Shown: positions 14,193 through 24,500 of the stretch, piece by piece
How the letters are laid out: each line of letters opens with the position of its first letter
Numbering within the stretch: position 1 is the first letter of the stretch
IMG/VR virus record: IMGVR_UViG_3300035180_000319
Location: 1-39,413 of that record
Source of the DNA: a virus
Taxonomy: Duplodnaviria; Caudoviricetes
DNA length: 39,413 bases
Direction: 5' to 3' (one strand)
Translations under genes and position numbers: made by a program
Notes under the pieces: model-generated
Told to the model about the DNA's origin: nothing
Seen by the model: only the letters and a program-made list of their open reading frames with translations
Database searches by the model: none

Positions 14193-15560
14193 ATGGGGGA
14201 AAAAGTTGATTTAAAAGATCTAATACGTAGTAAGTCTAAAGAGTTCTTTGATGCGCTATATGCTAATTATAGGCCTGAACTAGATGCAAGTATAACAATA
14301 TTAGACTTATCGTACGAATCTCTAAAAGTAAATGTTTATTTGGGCGATAAATTAAGTAATGCCCAAGCGGAAGTATATGATAGAGTATACGATACTTTAT
14401 ACACTGTCGTAAAAGAGAAAATGCCCAGTAATAGAACCTTCTACTCTTTAGAAGATCCCAGGGTAGAAGAATATTTAAAAACAAGGGATGGAAAGTGGTA
14501 TATATTTCTTGTAGATGGGGGAAAGAATCATTTCTTTTTAGTAGGAAAGAGTTTCAATTCTATAAGAAAGTTTATAAGTGATAGTGTATCCCCAGATCCA
14601 AGACTATCTAATACTAGATTCGGTTCAACAAAACTATTTAAAGAAATACTTAATAGTGATGATACCTCTACTGGGGATTATAAAGTCACCACTAGATCCA
14701 AAGTAGATATAGGACATATCCCCTCAGAAGATAACGATAATTTGGTATCACCACTAGAAAAGAAGATACAGGCAGTATTAGATCTAGCATATAATACTGG
14801 TAATAGTAGAATAGAGCAACAGGCACGTAAGGCACTACAAGACTTATATGATGTTCAAGCATCTTTTGCTTATAGCTTTAAAAATACTTCCCAAGAGGAT
14901 ATCGACACAGCCCGTAGAGTACTAGGTAAAGGCTATGTAGTAGTTACATTACATACCAGAAATAAAAATGCTAAATTCTCTAAGGAAGAATTTAGAATAT
15001 TTAATAAGCTAGCTCATGAAATAGCTCTAAGTCTCCCTAATACATCTGGTTCTAACACTATAATACAAGATTTAACCGCAGAAATAGTTAGTAACCTAAC
15101 TGGAGAAAAAAAGAAAGTAAGTGCACATGGAGAGCATGCTGGCACAGTAACTGCAAATCTTAGTAAAAAAGTAGGTGTAACCTCTAATACTACTAGTATT
15201 AACATAAGGGCTAGAAACAAATTAGGTCAATTCACCAGCCTTGCTAATTTACAGACGTTGCTGAATCAGGCCCTCGCAAAACAAATTAGAAGTAATATGG
15301 GCACTGGAAGTTCACGTAATGTATTAAATAATAGAACTGGTAGATTATCAGAATCAGCTAAGGTAGAAAGACTATCCTTGTCTAGAGATGGTTTAATTAC
15401 AGCATTTTATTCATATATGAAGTATCCATATGCTACATTCTCAGAAGGTGGAAGGCAAGAATTACCACGCTCAAGAGACCCCAAACTACTAATATCAAAG
15501 AGTATTAGGGAGTTAGCAGCAACCCTAGTGTTAAATAGAATGAGGGCAGTAAACATATGA
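14193..15560 (+). CDS. Tail completion/neck protein (T5 p143-like C-terminus) with long N-terminal region
   Basis: C-terminal LNNRTGRL, YMKYPYATF, RDP.LLISKSIRELA; synteny. Confidence 0.6.
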   Translation: MGEKVDLKDLIRSKSKEFFDALYANYRPELDASITILDLSYESLKVNVYLGDKLSNAQAEVYDRVYDTLYTVVKEKMPSNRTFYSLEDPRVEEYLKTRDGKWYIFLVDGGKNHFFLVGKSFNSIRKFISDSVSPDPRLSNTRFGSTKLFKEILNSDDTSTGDYKVTTRSKVDIGHIPSEDNDNLVSPLEKKIQAVLDLAYNTGNSRIEQQARKALQDLYDVQASFAYSFKNTSQEDIDTARRVLGKGYVVVTLHTRNKNAKFSKEEFRIFNKLAHEIALSLPNTSGSNTIIQDLTAEIVSNLTGEKKKVSAHGEHAGTVTANLSKKVGVTSNTTSINIRARNKLGQFTSLANLQTLLNQALAKQIRSNMGTGSSRNVLNNRTGRLSESAKVERLSLSRDGLITAFYSYMKYPYATFSEGGRQELPRSRDPKLLISKSIRELAATLVLNRMRAVNI

Positions 15561-15997
15561 GTGTACGTACCTCAATTGTAAAAGCATTATCTGAAAAATT
15601 AAAGTCAATAGATGGTACTGGTATCTATAAAACCAATATATTTAATAATGCGTATCCTAAGCTAGTATTCTGGGATGAATGTAAGGACTTTCCATCTATT
15701 TATATATCCACAGGCTCAGAAACTAGAGAATATTTACCAGGTAACTTCAAATGGGCATTTCTTGTAGTCTCTCTTAAGTTATATGTAAAGGGTGAAGATT
15801 CAGCGCAACAACTAGAAGATTTACTAGAAGATGTAGAGAAGTGTATTGACCTTAACCGCAATTTAGTTTATGATCCACTAACAGCAGGTGCACAAACTAC
15901 CGAGATACTAATTAATAGTATTATAACAGATGAGGGGCTTCTGGCACCTTATGGAGTAGGAGAGATTAATCTTGTTCTACAGTACCAAGTGATGTAA
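15557..15997 (+). CDS. Tail terminator protein (T5 p142-like)
   Basis: RTSI..AL, FWDE..DFP, ETREYLP, TDEGLLAPYG.GEI. Confidence 0.8.
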   Translation: MSVRTSIVKALSEKLKSIDGTGIYKTNIFNNAYPKLVFWDECKDFPSIYISTGSETREYLPGNFKWAFLVVSLKLYVKGEDSAQQLEDLLEDVEKCIDLNRNLVYDPLTAGAQTTEILINSIITDEGLLAPYGVGEINLVLQYQVM

Positions 15998-16077
15998 CCC
16001 GTATATTAGCATATCATGTACAGATAAATATCTAGTCAGTATATGACTAATATGCACAATTATATAAAGGAAATAAT

Positions 16078-17559
16078 ATGGCCTATAATTTAGCCCGTAA
16101 TTCACGCGTGTTTGTTACTACAAACTTAAACACCGCTACTGGGGCAGTTCTAACAACTGGTCTTAGTACTACCAATACTTGGGAAGTTCAAGTATTAGAT
16201 GGTTTTAAGTTTGCTCAGGCAACAAACTCTGCAAATATTCAAATCAAAGAAGGTGGAAATACACCTATTCGTGGTCAGCGTGCATTTAATACTGCTCTTA
16301 ATCCGGTAGATATTACATTCTCTACATATATGCGTCCACGTTTAAGTGGTGGACTAGTAACTGCTGAAGAACGCGTATTGTGGAATGCCCTAATGGGGGC
16401 AGTTGGTATTGACGGAACGGTTCAAAATGGTACAGCAGTAGCTGGTGTAACAGTAACTGGTACTACTTTAACTGCACTTACTCGTTCTTCTACAACTTCA
16501 TCTGTAGTTACTATGGCAGGTGCAACAATTACTGCAACTGGTCTAGCACTTAATGAAGTTGTAAGTATTACTGGTATGACTGGTACAGGTGCTTCTTACT
16601 GGAACCAACCCGCTAAAGTTACTTCAATTGCTGCAGGTGCAATTGTATTTACATATATTACAGCTCCAGATGCTGCTGCAGGCACTACTTCTGCTGGTGT
16701 ACCTGCTTCAGGTCAGATAATTCTGAAACGTGGTGCATGGGTTGAATACCCAACTGCAACTGGTGTACCTACATCATACGCGCAACTTACAAGTGGTACA
16801 TCTAATAAGAACCAAATGCAACCAATCGGTTTTATCTTTATTGTAGATAGTACAGCATATACTGTAGATAACTGCGCTATTGATCAAGCTCAAATTGACT
16901 TTGGTCTTGACGCTATTGCAACGATAGCATGGACTATTAAAGGTACTAAGCTTAATCAGATAGCTATGCCAGTACTGTCAGCAACAGCCGATCCTGTATT
17001 TAGTGGTTCCTTAACAGGTACTGCAACAGGTAAGATCACTACAGCTAACTATATTACTAATAAGCTATCAACTGTTTCTCTACAAAGCAACCTTGGTGGT
17101 ATTGGTGGTACGGTATATGCAGTAGTTATTACCGGTGGTAGCATGACCATTGCAAATAACGTTACTTATGTAACACCTGCAAATATTGGTGTACTAAATA
17201 CTCCAATTGGTTATTTTACTGGTACTCGTGCAATCTCCGGCAACGTAACAGCATATCTGAAGTCTGGCTCAGGTTCACATACTGGTACGCTACTGAATGA
17301 TATCCTAGTATCATCTGCAACTAATACTGATACTAAATATCATATGCAAATAGAGGTTGGTGGTGCAACTGCGGGTACTCGTGTAGAACTAGAAATGGAT
17401 GGTGCTATGCTTGGTATCCCTTCTGTAGATATTGCAGATGTTGTATCTACAAGTATTACGTTTACTGCACAGGCTGCACAATCTGATATCGGTGCAGCAA
17501 ATGCCCAATACGATATTGAGAATACAAACGAACTATTAGTTCGCTACTACTCTCTGTAA
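16078..17559 (+). CDS. Major tail tube protein (T5 pb6-like)
   Basis: L.RNSRVFV, WEVQVLDG..F.Q, RG...FNTALNP...FSTY.RP, NN.TY.TP..IG..N.PIG.FTGTR.ISG; strong RBS and terminator. Confidence 0.88.
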   Translation: MAYNLARNSRVFVTTNLNTATGAVLTTGLSTTNTWEVQVLDGFKFAQATNSANIQIKEGGNTPIRGQRAFNTALNPVDITFSTYMRPRLSGGLVTAEERVLWNALMGAVGIDGTVQNGTAVAGVTVTGTTLTALTRSSTTSSVVTMAGATITATGLALNEVVSITGMTGTGASYWNQPAKVTSIAAGAIVFTYITAPDAAAGTTSAGVPASGQIILKRGAWVEYPTATGVPTSYAQLTSGTSNKNQMQPIGFIFIVDSTAYTVDNCAIDQAQIDFGLDAIATIAWTIKGTKLNQIAMPVLSATADPVFSGSLTGTATGKITTANYITNKLSTVSLQSNLGGIGGTVYAVVITGGSMTIANNVTYVTPANIGVLNTPIGYFTGTRAISGNVTAYLKSGSGSHTGTLLNDILVSSATNTDTKYHMQIEVGGATAGTRVELEMDGAMLGIPSVDIADVVSTSITFTAQAAQSDIGAANAQYDIENTNELLVRYYSL

Positions 17560-17568
17560 TTGTTTCAC

Positions 17569-17600
17569 AGGGTGGGGATTGATCCCCCCACTCTCTTTTT
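17569..17600 (+). terminator. Intrinsic terminator after the tail tube gene
   Basis: AGGGTGGGGA-TTGA-TCCCCCACTCT followed by a T tract. Confidence 0.75.
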
Positions 17601-17624
17601 CTTTAATTATAATAAGGTATTAAA

Positions 17625-18062
17625 ATGTCAAATACAACTGTAAGTCTAAAAAGTCTCCTAGTTCCTACCAAAACGGTAGAAGTTGAATACCCAGGTATGG
17701 AAGGATTCAAGCTTAATCTGTGTTTTCTATCTCGTGAAGAACTGATGAAAATCAGAAAGAAAGCAACTAAAATGGAGTATAAGAATCGCCAACCAGTAGA
17801 AACATTGAATGATGAATTATTTTTGCAGCTATATGTAGATGCAAGTATTAAAGGTTGGAAAGGGTTGAAATTCTCCTATTTAGAAACACTCGCTCCAGTT
17901 GATATCACAGGACTAAAAGAGGATGATTGTATAGAGTACTCTCGTGAGAATGCACTATATTTAATGAAGTCCAGTGCTAATTTTGATTCCTTTATTAGTG
18001 AAACGGTGACAGATTTAGCAAATTTTCAGCAGACCAGTGGGACACAGTCTACCGTCAAATAA
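17625..18062 (+). CDS. Tail assembly chaperone (gpG-like)
   Basis: Position between tail tube and tape measure; slippery site near the 3' end. Confidence 0.75.
   Translation: MSNTTVSLKSLLVPTKTVEVEYPGMEGFKLNLCFLSREELMKIRKKATKMEYKNRQPVETLNDELFLQLYVDASIKGWKGLKFSYLETLAPVDITGLKEDDCIEYSRENALYLMKSSANFDSFISETVTDLANFQQTSGTQSTVK
18020..18026 (+). other. -1 programmed ribosomal frameshift site A-AAT-TTT
   Basis: X XXY YYZ heptamer in the gpG frame; the -1 frame is open from 18002 to 18394. Confidence 0.7.
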
Positions 18063-18091
18063 AGTCATATTATCAGAACTCGCAAGTAAAT

Positions 18092-18394
18092 ATGAGCAGA
18101 GACTCATATTTTGAAATGTGCGAAATGATGGGGACTGAGCCAGTAGAGGAGGAGATACCAGTAGAATTATCTGATCTATATGAAGAAGTTCAGGAAGCTC
18201 TTCTTGTATATAATATGCTACAAGATAATTGGGACTCTATGAATGGTATTTATATTGGTAAAAACTTCGCGGGCATATCTGATATTTTAGAAATGCAAGA
18301 AGTAGAGGATAAGAAAACCTGTTATCTAATTCTTAGGATGCTAGATAGTAGACGAAGAAAAATTCTTAACTCAAAAAATAAGTCTACTAGTTAA
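18092..18394 (+). CDS. Tail assembly chaperone, second part (gpT-like), probably made as a G-T fusion
   Basis: In the -1 frame relative to the upstream gene, no good RBS, open back to the slippery site. Confidence 0.7.
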   Translation: MSRDSYFEMCEMMGTEPVEEEIPVELSDLYEEVQEALLVYNMLQDNWDSMNGIYIGKNFAGISDILEMQEVEDKKTCYLILRMLDSRRRKILNSKNKSTS

Positions 18395-18415
18395 CCGCTG
18401 GAGTAGGAATAAACT

Positions 18416-18447
18416 AAGCTCACTATATAAATATAGTGAGCTTTTTT
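18416..18447 (+). terminator. Intrinsic terminator
   Basis: AAGCTCACTATA-TAAA-TATAGTGAGCTT then TTTT. Confidence 0.8.
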
Positions 18448-18469
18448 ATTGCCTATACAAAAATTATCC

Positions 18470-18498
18470 TTGACATTTGCATGCTCTAATGTTATAAT
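18470..18498 (+). promoter_or_regulatory. Late promoter for the tape measure operon
   Basis: AAAAATTATCC-TTGACA-17 bp-TATAAT with extended -10 TG. Confidence 0.85.
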
Positions 18499-18543
18499 GG
18501 ACTATAAAATGTTGTATGTACGAATATAAGAGAGGTATCAAGT

Positions 18544-21500
18544 ATGTCAGAAACAGTAAGAGTTAATATAGACGTAGGCGATAATGGGACTACTGCTAAG
18601 CTTAATGTAGAGGCGGCAAAATTACGCAGTAATTATGAGGGAGCACAACGTGCAGCCTCTAATACAAAGGCTTTTACTAGCTCGGCAGCTGCTCGTCCAG
18701 CTTCTTCAGCACTGAGCCAAGCGTCAGAGGACTCTAATCTGTCTCGTGGTGTTAGTGGCGTAACTGGTGCTGCAGGTAGGGACTTTGCTGCTCAAGCCCA
18801 AGGTCTTGGCGGTCTAGTGCACGTATATGCTACATTTGCGGCTAATCTATTTGCTGTAACTGCAGCATTCGAAGCGCTATCAAAAGCTGCTGACGTAACT
18901 AATATGGTAAAAGGCTTAGATCAACTAGGTGCCGTATCAGGACAAGCTCTTGGCTCAATGGCTAAGCATATTACAACACTCACTGATGGTGCAATCTCTT
19001 TAAAAGATGCAATGACTGCAACGGCTCAAGCTACTTCAGGCGGCCTTTCTAGCGAACAGATAAATCGTCTTACAACAGTTGCAAAGAATGCTAGTCAGGC
19101 TCTTGGTAGAGATATGCCTGATGCACTCTCTCGTTTAACCCGTGGTATCGTAAAAATTGAACCAGAATTGTTAGATGAACTAGGTATTATGGCTAAGGTA
19201 ATACCATCTCAACAGGCGTATGCTCGTGAGGTGGGTAAATCTGTGTCTGCTCTTACTGACTTTGAGAAACGTCAAGCGTACGCTATTGCCGTTATTACTG
19301 AAGGTGAAAAGAAATTTGGAGCAATCCAAATAGATGCTAATCCATACTCAAAGCTACTAGCATCAATGACTAACTTAGCTTTAGCTGGTGCAGAATTAGC
19401 CAATAAAGTTTTGGGACCAATTGCCAAAATACTTGCGGAGAGCCCAACAGCTCTGGGTGCAATAATGGCAGGTATTGCAGGTATGTTATTAAGTAAAGCA
19501 ATACCAGCCCTTACCCAATATAAACAGGTTATGTTAGATAGTGCCATTGCTTCTGGTAAGTTAGCTAAAAGTCAAAAGGATGCGGCAGAGAACTTTGATA
19601 TTGAAGGTAAGTTAGCGGCTGGAGAGAAAGCTGCTAATAAGTTCAGACTAGCTTCCGCGGCTGCAGCTGCAGAAGCTCAGCATATACTGCAGACAGGTGG
19701 AAAAAATAAATTAGCTAATATATTTAATCAAGATGACTTTAAAGTAACAGAAAGTACATTACAAAGCATAGATAATGAGTACAATAAAGTAACAGAAAGA
19801 CATATGCTTGCACAGGCAGCATATGTTAAAGCAGTTGAAGAAGGAGATAAAAAGGAGGCAGCATTAGCAGCAAGAAGAGCAAGTAATGCTGCAGAACAGG
19901 CTAAAGCAATAAGTCTGGCCAGAAGTAAAGCTGTGGACTCCATGATACAGAGTAAAGAGGCAGATAATGCTAGAGAAAGAGCGGCAGATGAGGTAGAGAA
20001 AAATTTTAGTAGATTATCTGTAGGTGGAGCACTAGTTAAAAAAGCAGAGGATGCAGAAAAAGCTTTCTCCAAAATGGCAGTACAAGCTAATGTAGCTGGA
20101 AACGTTAAGCTAGGTGGGCTATCATATGCATTAAAAGAACTGAAAAAAGACATAGAGGCTACTACTATTGAATTAAAAAATGCTGATGGTACAACACAAT
20201 CATTTTCCAAAGTTAAATTAGATCCAATAGAGGCAGGGTTTGCTAGGTTAAAAGGTGTAATAACTGCCGCAGGCACTGCTGTGGCTATAGTCGCAAGTTC
20301 TTTCCAAGCAGTATTAGTATATATAGGAATAGTCGTAGCAACTTTTCAAATATTAGATAGTATTTTTAGTAGCAATGAAAAGCAGGCTACCAATTATTCA
20401 ACTGCGATAGATACTCTAACAGAATCCTTTGATAATATAGACAGAACCCTAGCAGCTATTGAAAATAAAAAACCCTTAGAGCAAATTAACGCTATAAGTA
20501 TCCAAGCAAGTGCTATGGCTCTAAAAGAGCTATCTGATAGTCTTATTAACGTAACACAGAGTTTTAAAGATTTAAATAAATATTCTAGTGGGTGGGATAA
20601 AGCCTGGGACTGGATAAAGGGTATATTTGGCAAGGGTTCTCAAGATAAATTAGCAGAAGGTATGGGCAAATCAGTAGATAAAGCTCTACTTACCATTAGT
20701 GATCCAAAACGTAAAGAAGAAGCAACTAAAAGTATACAAAGTCTATTTGGTGGAGAAGGCGTAGATATATCCGGAACAAATATTAAAAAAATGATGCAAA
20801 GCTTAAGTGAGTCTGATGCTTTAGCAGTAGCAGAGAAGATTACCGAAGAGTTAAAGAATATATCTATGGAAAGCTCTAATGCAGCCTCTAGACAAGCTGA
20901 ATTTACTGATGCAATGAAAAAAGGTGCTAGAGCAGCAGCTGATTTATCTAATTCATATATACCAACAGATAAGGTATCTCAAGTGATAATAGCTCAAGTG
21001 GAAAGCCTAGGCAAATTAGCCTTAGCTTCTGCTAGTAGTAAAGGTGCAGTTACAGCGCTTACAGAAGCTGTAAGTTCCTTTAGTAACCTTAGTGCATTTC
21101 CACCAGAAATGGCTACTGCACTACTAGATCATAAAAATGATATTGAGAAAATTGGTGAGCAATATGCTACTGCAAAAGCCGAAGCCTCTTTATATACAAA
21201 AACTTTAACAGAATTAATAGCAAAACAAAAACAACTTGAAGAAAGAAAGAGCCAATTAAATAGTAATGGAAGATCTGCAGCATTTATAGATATGGATTCC
21301 TCTTTACAAGCGGAGGAAAATAAACTAAAAGCTCAGATTGCTACCATGGAAAGAGCTAAAAGTGATGCAAATAAAAATGCACAAAAAGCAGAAGAAGATA
21401 TGCAAGAGATTTCATCAAAGTTTACCCCTTTAATAAGTAAGTCATTACTAGATGCATTTAATGTAGTAAATAAACTAGTAGATCAGGCAGGGGAAAAAGC

Positions 21501-24500
21501 AAGTATTAACTTTTCAAAAGCTATAAATGACTTGATCCCAGGTGGGGGATCAGTAGAAGAAGCTACTAGGCTAGCACAGGAAGAAATCTCAGTGCAGGAG
21601 AAAATGCTAGAAATAGATAGAGCAATGATTATTGCAATGGATACTCTTGGAGCAAAATATGCTCTGGCTACAGCAGAAAGTGATATTAAGAAGTATGAGG
21701 GAAATAAAAATTCTCCTGAGTATAAAGCAGCACTAGCTTCAAGAGATGCTGCCTTAGGTACTAAAAACCTAGTAGGAATGAGTTCTGCAGAGTTAAAAGC
21801 CTTTATAGACGCAAAGAAGGATGAGAAAGATCAAGACCAAGCTTCTTTAGCTATACAAAAAGAAGCATTTCAACTATATCAAAAGCAAGTTAATTTAGAG
21901 GTAAAAAGTGTAGAATTAGCTGGACAGCATAATGTTATAAGTTTACAAGGGGCTATAAACTTATTAAAACAGCAAGAATCCAATATTGCTGCTGATATGG
22001 AAGCTAGTAAAAATAGACAAGTAGCTGATCTAAATTCATTAGATATGCTAACTTCGTATTCATCTCTTTATAATGAAGTACTAGAGAAAGAAAAATTATC
22101 TTTAAGATTACAAATAAATAGAACAGAAGAAACGAAAGCTCAGCTAGCTTATGATAGTGCTAGACAGCAACTAATTACACTAGAAAATGCTGGTGCATCC
22201 TCTTCTAGTATACAACAAGGTCGTATACGCCTAAGTGTACTAGAACAGCAGCTCAATACAGCCAAACAAATTAGAATATTAGAAGATACTAAAGCAAATC
22301 AAGAAAATGATAGAGCTAGACTAGCCTCTCTAAAGTTTATAAGAGATGAAGATGCTAAAATAGCTGATTTTCAATTAAGTATTGAGAATTCAAATATAGA
22401 TTTAGATAGAAAGCGTTTAGATTCTGCAAATTCCTTATACACTTTAAATCAAGAAATGTATAATGCAGAATTAAGGGCTTTGGATATTAAAGCTGAAAAA
22501 TTACGTTATAATAATGAACTAATGAAGTTAGAAAATCGCAAAGCGGACGTAATAGATCCAAAACAACAACAATTAGATAGACTAGACGCATCTATAAAAG
22601 CTGGGACAGAAGAGGTAGGGTCTCAATCTCCAGAATTTATGGCACAGCAAATTTCTGAAGCCAGCATTTTACGTACAGAGATTAGTAAACTAACTGATAC
22701 ATATAATGCAGATGCAGAGGCCTTATCCATTTCTAATAAAAATAAGCTAACTAGTATAGGAATAGATTATAAGGCAAAAGAAGAAGTAAGAGCCCTAAAT
22801 GATCTATTAGCGGCTCAGACGGGAATTGTAGAAGGTTTAAGTGCAGTATTTGGTACTTTAGGCACTTCTATAGGTAACGTGGTAGATGCCTTCTTTAAGA
22901 TGAGTAACGCACAAGATAAATTAGATAAAGGCAAAGCACATGATGATGAAGAATTACGTAAAAAAGCAGCTGCTAATGAGTTTAAAACTAAAGAGGAAGA
23001 AATAAAAGCATTTGAAAAAGTAGAGACTAAGTATAGAACAGACTCTATTAAGAATGAATTAACAGGGTATGCAAAAATAGCTGAAGGGGTAAAAGGGTTA
23101 TTTAGTGAAAAAACAGCAGCATATAAGGTATTTAATGCATTTGAAGTAGGTCTGCATGTAGCTAAACTTGGAATGGATATAGCTGAAATTACTTCTGCAT
23201 GGGCTAAGGCAAGCCAAGAAAATGCTGCAACTCTATCAACAATACCAGTTAATGCGCAAGGAGCATTAACTAAGGCGTTAAACAATGTATTCCCGTATAA
23301 CTTAATAGCCTTTGCTGTAGTAGCTGCAATGTTAGCTTCAATAGGAAGTATGTCTGGAGGAGGTGGGGCAGCCCCAGCAATCCCACAAGAAGCAACAGCT
23401 CAATATAGACAGGAACAGCAAGGTACTGGCACAGTTTTGGGAGATTCAACAGCGCACTCTAACTCAATTGCTAAAGGTATTGATATACTTTCAGCCCATA
23501 GTTTCGAAATGCTTGACTATACTCATGGTATGCTAACTGCATTAAAGAGTATTGATAAGGGTATGAGTGGATTAGCAAATGCACTAGTTAAAGTCGGAGG
23601 TATTACTGGAGTTAATGGAAAATCAGCATTTGGTACAGTAGAATCATCTAGTTCAAGTCCAGGATTTCTCGGTATTGGAGCAAGTAGTAGTAGTACTTCT
23701 ATTACTGATACTGGTATACAACTACAAGGTACCGTTAAGCAGTTATCTGAAATGAATGGTATAATCAAACAGTATGAAACTACTGTTACTCAATGGACAA
23801 AAAGTGGCTTCTTGGGTATTGGTTCTAGTAGTGGTACTAGTGTTAATACACAGTTTAAAGATATAATAGATAACGGTACTAAGAAACAAGTTAGTATGAT
23901 ATTCTCTGGTATGCGTGAGTCTATTGTAGAAGGTATGAAATTACTCTCCTTCTCCTCTAAAGATATTGCAGATTTATTAAGTAGAGTTGATGCTATTAAC
24001 TTTGTTGGGGATGCTCTGAGTGTATCACTGAAGGGTCTTTCTGGTGATGATATTAAAAATGCCCTTAATGGTGTATTTAGTGCTGCATTTGATAAAATGG
24101 TTGGAACAGTAGCGCCGTGGGCTGTTAAATTCCAAAAAGTTGGAGAAGGGTTAGGAGAAACATTCATACGTCTAGCCTCGGATGCTCGTACTCTTAATAT
24201 GTCATTAGAAGCTGCTGGTATGGGTGTAAATAGTTTTAACATCCAATTTGAGAAAGGACACCCTAAAGATACTGTAAAGTATGCAAGTCAAGCACAATTA
24301 ACAGAACTAGATAGTGCTAGTACAGAACATGCTGCATTAGAAGCCAAAGTTAAGAAACTTAAAGAAGGTGGGCTATTCTCACTTCGTGGTATTGTTGATG
24401 TAACCGATGATAGTGTACTTACAGAGTATAATAGTGTACTGGCTAAGGCACAAGATGACCTTGCGAAGTCCGACGCTAGACTAGCAGCGGCCCAAAAGGC

